DNA of 62,336 nt, filler included. It is 8 parts of 8 records of this genome, joined end to end, with 100 filler letters (N's around TTAATTAATTAA, not from the genome) between each part and the next. Parts side by side here need not be neighbours in the genome. Positions count along the whole stretch, not along the records: positions 20,111 to 34,902 come from SRR31156797_32872; positions 35,003 to 44,253 come from SRR31156797_32930; 6 more parts are not named here. The stretch is one strand, 5' to 3'. The notes beneath the pieces are model-generated. The model saw nothing but the letters and a program-made list of their open reading frames with translations. It did no database searches and was not told the origin of the DNA. Every line of letters starts with the position of its first letter. The first letter of the stretch is position 1. The translations under genes and the position numbers were made by a program. Below, one piece after another: positions 28,273-38,944 of this stretch.

Positions 28273-31200
28273 ATGTTGATATTCAGAACTAAAATACTAC
28301 ATGCACTTCTTGTTTTTGTTGTTATGACAGCCATAGCATATGGTATCTCATTGTTTGAGACCTATGAGGCTGAAAAAATGATTGATACTGATCGCATAGA
28401 AAATGTGATAAAGCAAAAACAAAAACAAACAGTAAAAATTCTTGAAGAATCAGCTATTGAAATACAACAGAAAGGATTTGAATGGTTTGTGGATAATCGC
28501 GCACAGGATTTACAAAAGCTTTATGAAGAGGAAGGTATTGGAGTGGTTGTTTATAAAAATTGGTACTTGCGTATTTGGCCTCAAAATACAGTTATTGTTC
28601 CGGATGTTTATGGTTCCAATATATTTGAAGACAAGTTTATTAAACTTGGAAACAGCTATTATGTGACGGTTTTACATAAGTTTGCTGAAGTTGACATGGT
28701 TGGATTAATTCATGTGAAGAGTGAGTATAATACTGCCAGCGAGCTGGTTGAAGATCATTTTAATGATGATTTTTATTTGTCGCCAGACATTAAAATATCC
28801 AGAGATCCATTGCAGGAACCCAGAATATTTGATTTTAACAAGAAATATTTGTTTTCACTTGTCTCAGAAAGCCAACCCATTCAAAACAGCGCTTATAGTT
28901 GGGTTATCCTATTGTTCTTTACCGGAGCAATGGTGGCTTTTTTCCGTCTATTTTTACTGTTTTTTACCTACAAAAAGTTTGATTCAAATTATTATTCATT
29001 TGTAATATTTGCACTGGTATTGGTCGCTGTAATTCGCATGTTAATGGTTAAATACCATTTTCCACACTTTTTATATGACTTTGAATTATTTGGACCCGGT
29101 CTATATGCCAGCAATTGGATTGCTCCATCACTGGGTGATTTAATGCTCAATACCATATTTGCCCTTTTTGCAATTTTATTTGCTCGCCGTAGACTTAAAC
29201 TGGAAGATTATCTTAAAAACCTGACTAAAGAGAGCTATTATATTTATTTAGGTTTATTTATTGTTTTAACTGCTGCCTTTGTATTGCAACTTAATAATTT
29301 GCTGAGTACAATTATTAGAGACTCTACAATTGAGTTTCAACCTTATAAGATTTTCAATATAAGTGGGTTCTCTATATTAGCATTCTTAACGATACTTGCT
29401 AATATAATTGGATTTTTGCTGTTTTTCGATTGGGGAATTACCTGGCTTAAAAAGCACTTTGAATGGAAATTATTGCAGTGGGTAATAAATATTGCTTTAG
29501 GTGTATCTCTGCTACTTGGTGTAATATTCATTAATGCATTTTCCTGGATTAGTATAGTCTATTTTCTGCTACTAATAAATTTGATCATTTTTTACAGAAA
29601 AAGGAATCGCATTAAATATAGCTTCGTAATCATATTTGCTGCTGCCACAGGTATTTATCTTACACATATAATTGATATTCAAAATCAGGAACGCCAGTTT
29701 GGACGTATGAAATTGCTTGCTGTGAATTTATCCGTTTACCAGGATTTTTACGCAGAATCAAGATTTCAGCAAATAAGTGAAGATTTACCGGCTGATCCAT
29801 ATGTAGATACCTTATTGTCAGAGAGTTCTAATAGTTCTGATGAATTATATCAATACCTTAAACGTAAATACTTTAGTGACTACCTTTCTCGCTATGAAAT
29901 GACTTTAGAGCTTTGCCATAAGACTGATAGTATATTCATAGAAGAATCTACGGTTCAGTGGCAGCACTGTCGCCAATATCACCATAATAAAGCCCTGGAA
30001 GAAGGAGAACCCGTATTTAAATCGAATTATTTCTATATGGGTGAATCTGAATCGAGAATGCAGTATATGGGGATGCATGATTTCTTAATATCAGCCGGAG
30101 ATTATGTTACGTTGATTATAAACCTTAAAGCAAAACTGGTAAATTACAATCCGGGTTTTACGCAATTATTGGAACGATATAATGATCAAAATATATCACT
30201 ACTTGGAAATTATTCTTATGCAAAATATGCCCATGGGCAATTGAGGTCAAAATTTGGAGAGTGTCCATATAGTCTTGTGGATGAACCTTACAATATCGGA
30301 GAAGGTGAGTATTGGAGGGTTTGTAGTGAGAATTATTGTCATTTGGTATATGCCTACGCAAATAACGAATTGGTTGTGGTGAGCTTCCCAAGAGTTTTAT
30401 TTTTTCAACTGTTAATTAACTTCTCCTATTTATTCGTATTTACATTTGTATTACTTACAATTATTGCATTATACTATACCTATAGACGCAGAGGTATAGT
30501 GATATCGAATTCAATTCGAAATCGTATTCAATTTTCGATGGTTGGTTTGTTGTTGGTCTCTATTATTTTTATTGGTGGAGGTTCAGTGCTTTATATTTCT
30601 CAAGCTTATGAGAAAAAGAATATGCAAATTGTAAATGAGAAATTGCATTCGGTACTTACGGAATTGCAAAATCAGTTTGCCAATCATAACTCAATGTTTC
30701 AGATTGATGAAGACTATCTGAAATTTTTAATGCAAAAGTATGCTGAAGTTTATAACTCTGATATTAATGTCTTTAATTTAGATGGAAACCTTATTGCATC
30801 AAGCCGACCTGAAGTTTTTAAACAGGACTTTTTAAGTCAAAAAATGGAATATAATGCTTATGTAGCATTACGTTATGAGCATTTATATCAAATCATTCAA
30901 CAAGAAAAAATTGGGGAGTTAACCTATTACAGCGCTTATGTTCCTTTAATCAACAAGCAGAATAAAATGCTGGGTTTTGTAAACTTGCCATTTTTCAGTA
31001 ACGAGGACTTATTAACTGAAGATATCTCAAGTATTGTAGTGACTTTCATTAATGTTTATGTACTCTTGATATTACTCTCCATTATTATTGCCGTATTTAT
31101 TAGTAATAATGTTACCAGGCCATTACAGGTACTTCGACAAAAGATGCGACAAATTGATCTGAAAAAGCATAATAACCCCATTGACATGGAAACAGAAGAT

Positions 31201-31950
31201 GAAATTGGGGATTTGGTGCGCGAATATAATCACATGGTTTCTGAGCTTTCACGTAGTGCTGATCTTCTGGCAAAACAGGAGCGGGAAACGGCATGGAGAA
31301 GTATGGCCAGACAAGTTGCACATGAAATAAAAAATCCGCTTACGCCCATGAAGTTAAGTGTACAGCTAATGCTGAGAGCATGGGACGAAAAAGCGCCGGA
31401 TTTTGAAGACAGATTGAAAAAAGTTAGTAATACTCTTATACACCAAATTGATACTTTAAGTAACATTGCCACAGAGTTTTCCACATTTGCCCGCATGCCT
31501 AGCGAGCAAATTGAGAAAGTGGATATTAATGCTTTAATAAGGTCGGCAAGTACATTGTATGATGAATATAAAGATGTAGATGTAATTGCAAATATTAATG
31601 AGGCTCTAACTTTGAATGTTTTGGCAGATAAAAGCCGAATGCTACGTATGTTAAATAACCTCATTAAAAATGCAGCGCAAGCTATACCCAAAGGCAAACA
31701 AGGAAATATTTGGATTACTTCACAACAGGTTGGCGACAATGTGCTAATTATGGTGAAAGATAACGGTGATGGTATTCCAATGGAAATACGAGAAAAACTA
31801 TTTCAACCAAACTTCACCACAAAAACAAAAGGGATGGGTTTAGGCTTGGCTATGGTAAAAAATATTGTGGAAGGGTTTGGAGGTAAAATATGGTTTGAAA
31901 CAGCCACAGGAGAGGGAACCACTTTTTATATTCAGCTTCCTTTAGTTTAG
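28273..31950 (+). CDS. Large multi-TM sensor histidine kinase (HAMP, HisKA, HATPase)
   Basis: DEIGDL (HAMP), QVAHEIKNPLTP, NLIKNA, DNGDG, GMGLGL. Confidence 0.92.
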   Translation: MLIFRTKILHALLVFVVMTAIAYGISLFETYEAEKMIDTDRIENVIKQKQKQTVKILEESAIEIQQKGFEWFVDNRAQDLQKLYEEEGIGVVVYKNWYLRIWPQNTVIVPDVYGSNIFEDKFIKLGNSYYVTVLHKFAEVDMVGLIHVKSEYNTASELVEDHFNDDFYLSPDIKISRDPLQEPRIFDFNKKYLFSLVSESQPIQNSAYSWVILLFFTGAMVAFFRLFLLFFTYKKFDSNYYSFVIFALVLVAVIRMLMVKYHFPHFLYDFELFGPGLYASNWIAPSLGDLMLNTIFALFAILFARRRLKLEDYLKNLTKESYYIYLGLFIVLTAAFVLQLNNLLSTIIRDSTIEFQPYKIFNISGFSILAFLTILANIIGFLLFFDWGITWLKKHFEWKLLQWVINIALGVSLLLGVIFINAFSWISIVYFLLLINLIIFYRKRNRIKYSFVIIFAAATGIYLTHIIDIQNQERQFGRMKLLAVNLSVYQDFYAESRFQQISEDLPADPYVDTLLSESSNSSDELYQYLKRKYFSDYLSRYEMTLELCHKTDSIFIEESTVQWQHCRQYHHNKALEEGEPVFKSNYFYMGESESRMQYMGMHDFLISAGDYVTLIINLKAKLVNYNPGFTQLLERYNDQNISLLGNYSYAKYAHGQLRSKFGECPYSLVDEPYNIGEGEYWRVCSENYCHLVYAYANNELVVVSFPRVLFFQLLINFSYLFVFTFVLLTIIALYYTYRRRGIVISNSIRNRIQFSMVGLLLVSIIFIGGGSVLYISQAYEKKNMQIVNEKLHSVLTELQNQFANHNSMFQIDEDYLKFLMQKYAEVYNSDINVFNLDGNLIASSRPEVFKQDFLSQKMEYNAYVALRYEHLYQIIQQEKIGELTYYSAYVPLINKQNKMLGFVNLPFFSNEDLLTEDISSIVVTFINVYVLLILLSIIIAVFISNNVTRPLQVLRQKMRQIDLKKHNNPIDMETEDEIGDLVREYNHMVSELSRSADLLAKQERETAWRSMARQVAHEIKNPLTPMKLSVQLMLRAWDEKAPDFEDRLKKVSNTLIHQIDTLSNIATEFSTFARMPSEQIEKVDINALIRSASTLYDEYKDVDVIANINEALTLNVLADKSRMLRMLNNLIKNAAQAIPKGKQGNIWITSQQVGDNVLIMVKDNGDGIPMEIREKLFQPNFTTKTKGMGLGLAMVKNIVEGFGGKIWFETATGEGTTFYIQLPLV

Positions 31951-31961
31951 TGAATTGAGTT

Positions 31962-32273
31962 ATGTCAAAAATATTTTATTATTTATTATATCCTTTTAGA
32001 CAGTTATTAAGATTAATTATTTTAATCTTTGTGTACTTTTACAGGTATGCTATAAGTCCATTGACACCTGCCTCTTGTAGACATTATCCTACCTGTTCAG
32101 AATATATGGTTGATGCCATTAAAATACATGGCCCTTTCAAAGGATTTTGGTTGGGCATTAAACGATTATCCAAATGCCACCCGTGGGGAACTCACGGTAT
32201 TGATCCGGTACCACCGCCCAAAAATCCTGATGCTTTTAAGTTTCCAAAGTTGAAGGTGAAGAAATATAGATAG
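31962..32273 (+). CDS. yidD: Membrane protein insertion efficiency factor YidD
   Basis: CRHYPTCSEY...KCHPWG..G.DPVP. Confidence 0.92.
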   Translation: MSKIFYYLLYPFRQLLRLIILIFVYFYRYAISPLTPASCRHYPTCSEYMVDAIKIHGPFKGFWLGIKRLSKCHPWGTHGIDPVPPPKNPDAFKFPKLKVKKYR

Positions 32274-32441
32274 CATTATTTCTTTCTCTATATTTCTGAA
32301 ACAACTCATTGTTATTTTTTCGTTAATTTATTCTATTCGACTGCGATTCTTGTTGTAATAACAAACATTTTGTTATTTTTGAATCAGCGGGAACAGAAAG
32401 AAGCTCCCACCCAAATGAAATGTTTAACTTAAATTCTTACT

Positions 32442-33878
32442 ATGAAACGCCTACTAATTATTGCACTGCTTGTGGTTGCAGGTATTTTTAATTTGTCTGC
32501 ACAAGAAACCCAAATTGACCTTTCAAAATATAAACTGCCTAACATGAAAAGGCAGATGCTAGAGTTTGATTTTGATTTTGGTAATTATTTTAATAAAGAA
32601 TATTATAGTAATAACGAAGGAGATTTAAGTAAAAGTAATCGTTCATCAACAGGTCTAGATATTTATTATTCTTATTATAAAAACTCTTTAAAATGGCAGC
32701 AAGAAATATATGTCGACTTTGAATTCGGAGCTGGGATCGGTGAAACAAGAGAATATGGGGAGATTGATTATAGTAATAGTAATTTAGGTTCTGATATATC
32801 CCTTAATTCCATTAATAGATATTATCTCGGTGATTTTTTTTGGGGGCTTAATCCTCAAATAGATGCAAGGTATTCTCAGGGTTCATATAAATTTTATGGG
32901 AGTGATAGCAAAGGTTATGGTTCTAGCTTTGATGCTTATATACCAGTACATTTCGGTTATGGTCGAATTGAAAGAGTTGAGGATGCAAGGCAGGGAGCCT
33001 ATATTTATAATGCTTTGATTAAAAAAGCGAGAGCAATAGTAGGTAAAAGCGAAGATGATTTATTGATTTTGGCTGAAAAAATTTCACAATTGAAAAATAA
33101 ACGATTTTTTGATGCTCGAAAAAAGAAAATTTATGAATTAGAGGAATTGGATAAATTCCTAAAAGAGAATGGATTTGTGGATGAAAGTGATATTACATAT
33201 TTTGCTACATTAGAAGATATGTGGGAGTATGGGAATACCCCTTACCGTTATTCAGGTTTACGAGCTTCAGTATTTGTAAATCCAGGGTATCATGTGGATG
33301 AAGAAGTAGAGCGTGCTGGAAATGATAAATTTTATCTCGAGAAATATTATTTGCTCAAAACCGGAATTTCAATTGATTATGAAAAACCCTTAAATATGTA
33401 CTGGCAAAATTCTCTGTCTTTTCAATCTTTTTATGGCATAAGTAGAAATCGAACAATTGGTCGGTATAATGTGCGTAATGATTGGAGAACTCCTGGAATT
33501 CATATTGGTTTATCAGAAAGTATTGGTTTTTATCCAAATACAAGAACTAATTTTAGTACATCAACTGGTATTTATCTTGTAAAACATTTGGATAAACCTA
33601 AAAATGAAGATAGTTATGACGATTATGTTGGAAGTTTTAAGGGACAAAGCTTATACTTTAATGCCAGATTATCAGGTTATTATTATTTTTCACCTCAATT
33701 AAGAATGACTGGTTTGTTGAGTTTTTATTATGTTGTTAATGTAGTTAGAGATAACTACACAAAGGTTAACTATTATAATGCCGATAGTGACGGATGGAAT
33801 ACTACTGGAAATTTTCTAAATGCTAAAAATTCCTTTAATTATAACTTATCTTTGAGATTTGAATATTTCCTTTTCTAA
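32442..33878 (+). CDS. Hypothetical outer-membrane beta-barrel-like protein
   Basis: Signal peptide; aromatic-rich beta-strand pattern; ends LRFEYFLF. Confidence 0.6.
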   Translation: MKRLLIIALLVVAGIFNLSAQETQIDLSKYKLPNMKRQMLEFDFDFGNYFNKEYYSNNEGDLSKSNRSSTGLDIYYSYYKNSLKWQQEIYVDFEFGAGIGETREYGEIDYSNSNLGSDISLNSINRYYLGDFFWGLNPQIDARYSQGSYKFYGSDSKGYGSSFDAYIPVHFGYGRIERVEDARQGAYIYNALIKKARAIVGKSEDDLLILAEKISQLKNKRFFDARKKKIYELEELDKFLKENGFVDESDITYFATLEDMWEYGNTPYRYSGLRASVFVNPGYHVDEEVERAGNDKFYLEKYYLLKTGISIDYEKPLNMYWQNSLSFQSFYGISRNRTIGRYNVRNDWRTPGIHIGLSESIGFYPNTRTNFSTSTGIYLVKHLDKPKNEDSYDDYVGSFKGQSLYFNARLSGYYYFSPQLRMTGLLSFYYVVNVVRDNYTKVNYYNADSDGWNTTGNFLNAKNSFNYNLSLRFEYFLF

Positions 33879-33895
33879 AATAAATAAGAAAAATT

Positions 33896-33924
33896 TAAAG
33901 GCTGTCTTTTGGCGGCCTTTTTTA
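33896..33924. terminator. Probable bidirectional terminator
   Basis: AAAGGCTGTC-TTTT-GGCGGCCTTTT between convergent genes. Confidence 0.65.
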
Positions 33925-34839
33925 TTTCCTCCCATGTGGATGAAACTCAACTAATGTTTCTTTCAAATATTGGCGGTCGATGTGAGTGTAAATTTCAGTA
34001 GTTAGAATGGATTTGTGTCCTAACATTTCTTGTACTACGCGCAAATCGGCGCCATTTTCTACCATGTGCGTGGCAAAGCTATGGCGGAAGGTGTGCGGAC
34101 TGATTGTTTTTTTGATGTCAGCTGCAGCAGCCATATTCTTTATGATGGTGAATATCATCACACGTGTGAGATGCTTTCCGCGGCGGTTCAGAAATACATA
34201 ATCTTCTTCACCTTTTTGTGGCATTGTATGTACACGCTCATGTTTTACGTAGGTATTGATTTCGTCCATGGCAGTATTACCAATAGGTACAAGTCTTTCA
34301 GCGTTTCCTTTACCAATTACTCGAATAAATCCTTCGCTGAAATGTAAGTTGCTTAATTTCAATTCAGTAAGCTCGGATACACGCAGTCCACAACCATAAA
34401 GTGTTTCAATTATAGCTTTGTTACGTTGACTTTGAGGTAAACTCATATCCAGTGTGGCCAGCATTTCATCTATTTCCTGTAAACTTAATACAACGGGAAG
34501 TTTACGCGTGGTGCGTGGTGTTTCAAGTAAGTGGGCCGGATCGTGATCAATGAGTTGTTCTATTTTGAGGTACTTAAAGTAAGCTTTGATGCCGGATAAA
34601 ATGCGTGCCTGGGATGTTGCACCCAATCCAATTTCATAGATCCATTGTAAAAAAGATTGTAGCTTTTTTGTAGTTATTTGTTCCGGTCGAGGTGGATCAG
34701 ATTGTTCGTGTAAGAATTGATACAGCTTGATTAAATCATCAGTATAGGCATTGATGGTATTAGCTGATAAGCCTTTTTCAATTTGCAAAAAGGCTTGAAA
34801 ACTATCTAGAAATGGAATATCTAATTGCGTAGAGGACAT
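33922..34839 (-). CDS. xerD: Site-specific tyrosine recombinase XerD (housekeeping)
   Basis: GLRVSEL, GKGNAER, SPHTFRHSFATH, LGH...TTEIYTH. Confidence 0.88.
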   Translation of the reverse strand: MSSTQLDIPFLDSFQAFLQIEKGLSANTINAYTDDLIKLYQFLHEQSDPPRPEQITTKKLQSFLQWIYEIGLGATSQARILSGIKAYFKYLKIEQLIDHDPAHLLETPRTTRKLPVVLSLQEIDEMLATLDMSLPQSQRNKAIIETLYGCGLRVSELTELKLSNLHFSEGFIRVIGKGNAERLVPIGNTAMDEINTYVKHERVHTMPQKGEEDYVFLNRRGKHLTRVMIFTIIKNMAAAADIKKTISPHTFRHSFATHMVENGADLRVVQEMLGHKSILTTEIYTHIDRQYLKETLVEFHPHGRK

Positions 34840-34872
34840 GTGTCTGTATTTGACTCAAAAATAATCATTTTT

Positions 34873-34902
34873 AAGTTTCAGGTTTCAAGTTTCAGGTTTC
34901 AA
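34873..34902. repeat. 7-nt tandem repeat at contig end
   Basis: AAGTTTC AGGTTTC AAGTTTC AGGTTTC AA; same unit as 24619-24678. Confidence 0.7.
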
Positions 34903-35002
34903 NNNNNNNNNNNNNNNNNNNNNNNNNNNNNNNNNNNNNNNNNNNNTTAATTAATTAANNNNNNNNNNNNNNNNNNNNNNNNNNNNNNNNNNNNNNNNNN
35001 NN
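34903..35002. other. Artificial contig spacer
   Basis: N run with TTAATTAATTAA. Confidence 0.98.
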
Positions 35003-35135
35003 TAGAAATAAAGCAGGGCTTTTTGCGTTTCTTTTCTATCTGAAAACAACGTTTCTGTAGCACTTGCATTATAAACAAGATACAAAGAGATAAAAGAACA
35101 CACTGTAAAGCAAAACCACGATTTGGGAACATGCT

Positions 35136-35516
35136 ATGAAGAAAATATCCGCTCTGGCTTTCGCACTCATACTTCTACTGACAACAATGACTGCCATTGC
35201 CAAAGAAAATCTTGTAGTTCACTGCTCCGACACCCCGGCCAAGTGCCAGCAGCTGGCGAACGCACTCAGCACGAAGTACAATGTCAGACTCGTAAGCACC
35301 GCCCCGCAAACTAATTCCCCAAAGAATACTGCGTCTCTCAACATGGTTACCAGCATTCAGTGCCCTGTCTGCCAATGCCCCATAATCATAGATACAGATA
35401 GCCTGCTTCGTGGCGCCGCATTCTCATGTCAAACATGTGGAGCTGTTATCTCACTATCCAGCGACTCTATCTCTTCTGCCCAAAAAGCGTATGATGGGCT
35501 CAAAAACTTAAAATAA
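35136..35516 (+). CDS. Hypothetical exported protein with two CxxC motifs
   Basis: Sec signal peptide (MKKISALAF...AIA); CPVC...CQTC. Confidence 0.6.
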   Translation: MKKISALAFALILLLTTMTAIAKENLVVHCSDTPAKCQQLANALSTKYNVRLVSTAPQTNSPKNTASLNMVTSIQCPVCQCPIIIDTDSLLRGAAFSCQTCGAVISLSSDSISSAQKAYDGLKNLK

Positions 35517-35547
35517 AAAAATTCCTTTATCATAAAAAAAGCCCCAC

Positions 35548-35985
35548 TCACTCCCCGATATCTTCCGCCCAGAGTGCAGGCTTTTCAGCTTTCAATCTCT
35601 CCATAAGCTCAATACATTTGGGGTGGTCCAGAATATCAACCTGCACCCCTCTGGATGTGAGGAACTCTTCATTGCCGCCGAAATTGCGGTTTTCCCCAAT
35701 GACCACCCGCGAGATGCCGAACTGTACTATTGTTCCTGAACACATCATACATGGAGACAATGTGGTGTAGATAGTCGTATCCTTATATGTTTTCTGACGT
35801 CCGGCACTGCGAATGCAATCCATCTCACCATGAGCAATAGGGTCGCCTTTTTGAACCCGCTGGTTATGCCCGCTACCTATGATTTCCCCGTCACGAACCA
35901 AAACCGCCCCGATGGGCAGACCACCTTCATCAAAACTCTTCTTGGCCAGCTTGTAAGCTTCTTCCATAAATTCCATATCTGACAT
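35548..35985 (-). CDS. Nucleoside/cytosine deaminase (cytidine deaminase fold)
   Basis: HGE and PCMMC zinc motifs; AGGAGG RBS before ATG 35985. Confidence 0.88.
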   Translation of the reverse strand: MSDMEFMEEAYKLAKKSFDEGGLPIGAVLVRDGEIIGSGHNQRVQKGDPIAHGEMDCIRSAGRQKTYKDTTIYTTLSPCMMCSGTIVQFGISRVVIGENRNFGGNEEFLTSRGVQVDILDHPKCIELMERLKAEKPALWAEDIGE

Positions 35986-36056
35986 GTATTCCTCCTGACT
36001 TAACATACCATTATCTTTCAAACTATACGCCTTTCACGATTTCAGCCAGAGCTATT

Positions 36057-37229
36057 TCATTCCAACCTGCCCAGCAGCATGAAAACTAAAGCCGTCCCCA
36101 CAGTCCCTGCTGCTGCAATCCAGAGGAATCCGCTGTAGCCAATGGAATCCACGGCCATCCCTCCGATAAACGGTCCCAGAAACGATCCCATGTGCACAGT
36201 GAACATCATCATATTCACGTTAAAACTGCGAAAACGCGGCTCGCTGACCACAAACATCAGCGAATTAAGAGCCGGAGCACTTAACCCCATACCTATTCCG
36301 AAAACAACAGCTATGGGCAGGAGCATGGATTCATCACGTAGTCCATTAAGCAGCGCAAAGCCCCCGGCAGTAAACACAAAGGCAACCACAATCAGCCCGC
36401 GCTTGGAAAAACGGTCAAACAGCGTACCGCCAAACAGCCGGATAGCGATCATCACCCCCATCTGTAATGAAAAGAAATACCCAGCCTGAACAATTCCCCT
36501 TGAATGGGCAAAATCCTGAAAGAGAAAAAACAGCCCGGTAAAAATCATGAAATAAATGCCATTTACCGCCAGTACAGAAAATATCTTCAAGCGCAGAAGA
36601 TTGGCATATGACTCTCGGGCGGAGATAGCTTTTCCCCTATTCTGCCCGTGCTTTTCCATCCTTGAAGTGCGGAAGCGTAGAAACAAGGTAAGCAGAAAGG
36701 CCAATGGGATTAGTCCGGCTGTTCCGGCATAAATCCATGCTGGGCCATCGACCATAAGACCGACCTGCTCCGAAATATAAGGCATGACCGCGTAAGGCAG
36801 CAACAGAGCCGTGGAATAAAGACTGAACGCCGAGCCCACATTTTCCTGACTGACCATGGACACAAGAATAGCCACGCACGGTGCCAGAACCATAAAAATC
36901 CCCACCCCCTGCCCGATACGCAGCAACAGGAGCGGTAGAAAATCGTGAATATATAGATATCCGCAGCCGCACAAAGAGACCATCACCATCCCTACGAACA
37001 TGAACCGATAGGCATTAGCAGCGGTTATGCGGTTACTGACCGTAACATACATAAACATGCCGGACAGAGAATAAACACTGATCAGCAGGCCGGACAGACT
37101 TTTGGAGAATCCCAGCTCCTGCAGATAAACATTCAAGCTGTAATAAACGGAAAGGTTACAGACGGCCATAAAGACCAAGCTGCATAAGGTGATGAATTCA
37201 AGAAGGGGAAGGGACTGCTTTTCAGACAT
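36057..37229 (-). CDS. MFS transporter
   Basis: About 12 TM segments; GTLFDRFSKR motif A variant. Confidence 0.85.
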   Translation of the reverse strand: MSEKQSLPLLEFITLCSLVFMAVCNLSVYYSLNVYLQELGFSKSLSGLLISVYSLSGMFMYVTVSNRITAANAYRFMFVGMVMVSLCGCGYLYIHDFLPLLLLRIGQGVGIFMVLAPCVAILVSMVSQENVGSAFSLYSTALLLPYAVMPYISEQVGLMVDGPAWIYAGTAGLIPLAFLLTLFLRFRTSRMEKHGQNRGKAISARESYANLLRLKIFSVLAVNGIYFMIFTGLFFLFQDFAHSRGIVQAGYFFSLQMGVMIAIRLFGGTLFDRFSKRGLIVVAFVFTAGGFALLNGLRDESMLLPIAVVFGIGMGLSAPALNSLMFVVSEPRFRSFNVNMMMFTVHMGSFLGPFIGGMAVDSIGYSGFLWIAAAGTVGTALVFMLLGRLE

Positions 37230-37359
37230 GCATTGAAATTCCGGTTAGGGTTTTGATTCTACCTTGATAGACAACTATGACCGTACTGCCAACGCATATA
37301 TTTCTGGACCGCACAAGACATGAGGAGTAATCAGAAACCAGAAGAATGGAGCAACGACA

Positions 37360-37974
37360 ATGACCATCACATCCACCATAGCACTGATATTTGCAGTTTT
37401 AATTTTTGCGTTAATTCCCGGCCCGGGAGTAATGTCCATCATTGCCCAGTCGGTTTCGCGCGGCTTCAAGTCTACGGCCCTGTACTGTCTTGGAGTAGTT
37501 AGTGGAGACCTCTGCTACCTGCTCATGGCAATTTTCGGCATGGGCTTTGTGGCCCAGAAACTAGGTGCCGGATTTCTGTTCCTGAAATGGATCGGTGCGG
37601 CTTACTTGGTATATCTGGGAATTAAAAGCTGGTTGGCTACCCCACCTGCGGCAGACAGCTCCAATCTGCCTGCAGAAAAAAGCATAATCAAAACCTACCT
37701 TGCAGGGCTATGTGTATCACTGGGCAATCCCAAACTGATCGCCTTCTATTGCGGTTTCCTGCCCGGTTTCATGAATTTGCAATCCCTCACAGCAAGCGAC
37801 GTGGTTGTCGTAACTTGTTCGGTCATCCCCACCGTACTGGCTGTGCTGCTGGTCTACGCATGGCTGGGAGACCGCAGCCGCGCAGCCATCCGCAGCCCGA
37901 AAACATGGAAGATCGCCAACCGCTGTGCCGGGTCGATATTGGTCGGGTCCGGGATTGCGATTGCTACGGAGTAG
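37360..37974 (+). CDS. LysE/RhtB family amino acid exporter
   Basis: IPGPG, LKWIGAAYLVYLG, LGNPK. Confidence 0.9.
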   Translation: MTITSTIALIFAVLIFALIPGPGVMSIIAQSVSRGFKSTALYCLGVVSGDLCYLLMAIFGMGFVAQKLGAGFLFLKWIGAAYLVYLGIKSWLATPPAADSSNLPAEKSIIKTYLAGLCVSLGNPKLIAFYCGFLPGFMNLQSLTASDVVVVTCSVIPTVLAVLLVYAWLGDRSRAAIRSPKTWKIANRCAGSILVGSGIAIATE

Positions 37975-38049
37975 CCTCCGGCGCTCCCTCGGGAACCAAA
38001 GAACCCTTTTTGAAAAAAAGGTTCTCTGGACTCTCCCAAAAACTTTTAT
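37974..38049. repeat. Desulfovibrionaceae-type intergenic palindromic repeat
   Basis: GCCTCCGGCG...AGAACCCTTTTT-GAAAAAAAGGTTCT hairpin; a related element ending GCCGGAGGC is at 56508-56546. Confidence 0.55.
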
Positions 38050-38076
38050 TTGACTTCGCCGCTTGGTAACAACAGT

Positions 38077-38766
38077 TTACAAAACATTATCCAAAGCCAA
38101 CTCAACATGTGCCTCAACCGTATCAATCAACGGAACAGACACATCCCCAGGCTTGACCAGCAACCCGATCTCGGTACAACCGAGTACGATGACTTCGGCA
38201 CCCTGCGCGGCCATAGCTTCAATAATTTTCACATAACCTTCTCTGGTGTTATCCAGAATCTTCCCGCAGCAAAGCTCATCAAAAATAGTGCGGTGAACCA
38301 TGGACCGCCCATCACAATCCGGCACAATCACATCCAGATCGTATTTCTCTTTAAGTGGGCGTGACAAAAAATCCTGCTCCATGGTGAAAGCCGTGCCCAG
38401 CAGACCAAGCTTGGAAGCCCCGATCTTTTTCGCGCCTGCGGCTATAGCATCCGCCATATGCAACAGGGGAATATTGACTGCCGCTTGAACTTCAGCTGCA
38501 GCCTTGTGCATGGTATTGGTGGCGATAATCAAAGCCTCAGCTCCTCCGGCCTCAACGCTTTTGGCCCCCTTGACCAGCCCAGCAGTGATGCTTTCCCAAT
38601 CACTGCGGCCCATCTGCTCTGCAAAAGGTGCAAAATCAACACTGTGCATGACCATACGACAGGAATGGAGGCCACCCATTTTATCGCGCACGCCCTCATT
38701 GAGCAGCTTGTAATATGATATTGTTGATTCCCAGCTCATACCACCGAGAATTCCGAGAGTTTTCAT
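38077..38766 (-). CDS. Aspartate/glutamate racemase family protein (YgeA-like)
   Basis: GILGGMSWEST, ATNTMH, LGCTEI. Confidence 0.9.
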   Translation of the reverse strand: MKTLGILGGMSWESTISYYKLLNEGVRDKMGGLHSCRMVMHSVDFAPFAEQMGRSDWESITAGLVKGAKSVEAGGAEALIIATNTMHKAAAEVQAAVNIPLLHMADAIAAGAKKIGASKLGLLGTAFTMEQDFLSRPLKEKYDLDVIVPDCDGRSMVHRTIFDELCCGKILDNTREGYVKIIEAMAAQGAEVIVLGCTEIGLLVKPGDVSVPLIDTVEAHVELALDNVL

Positions 38767-38944
38767 AATTTCCTCCTTGGATTCAAACTATCGGAACCGT
38801 ATATCATAACAATCTGTACTGCAAAACACACAACAGATTAAAAGATCATCGGCACAGATCTCCTAAAAATAGACATTACCCGGAAAACTGATAACATTGG
38901 CGAACTAAACATAACTTGATCAAACACTATATAGCAGGAACCAC

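Noticed and set aside
28273..31950. Orphan 1225-aa histidine kinase as a novel system
   Set aside because: It sits among housekeeping genes, and large orphan sensors of this kind are ordinary in Bacteroidota.
33922..34839. Tyrosine recombinase as a prophage or island integrase
   Set aside because: Size and motifs fit housekeeping XerD; no att repeats, tRNA or mobile cargo seen.
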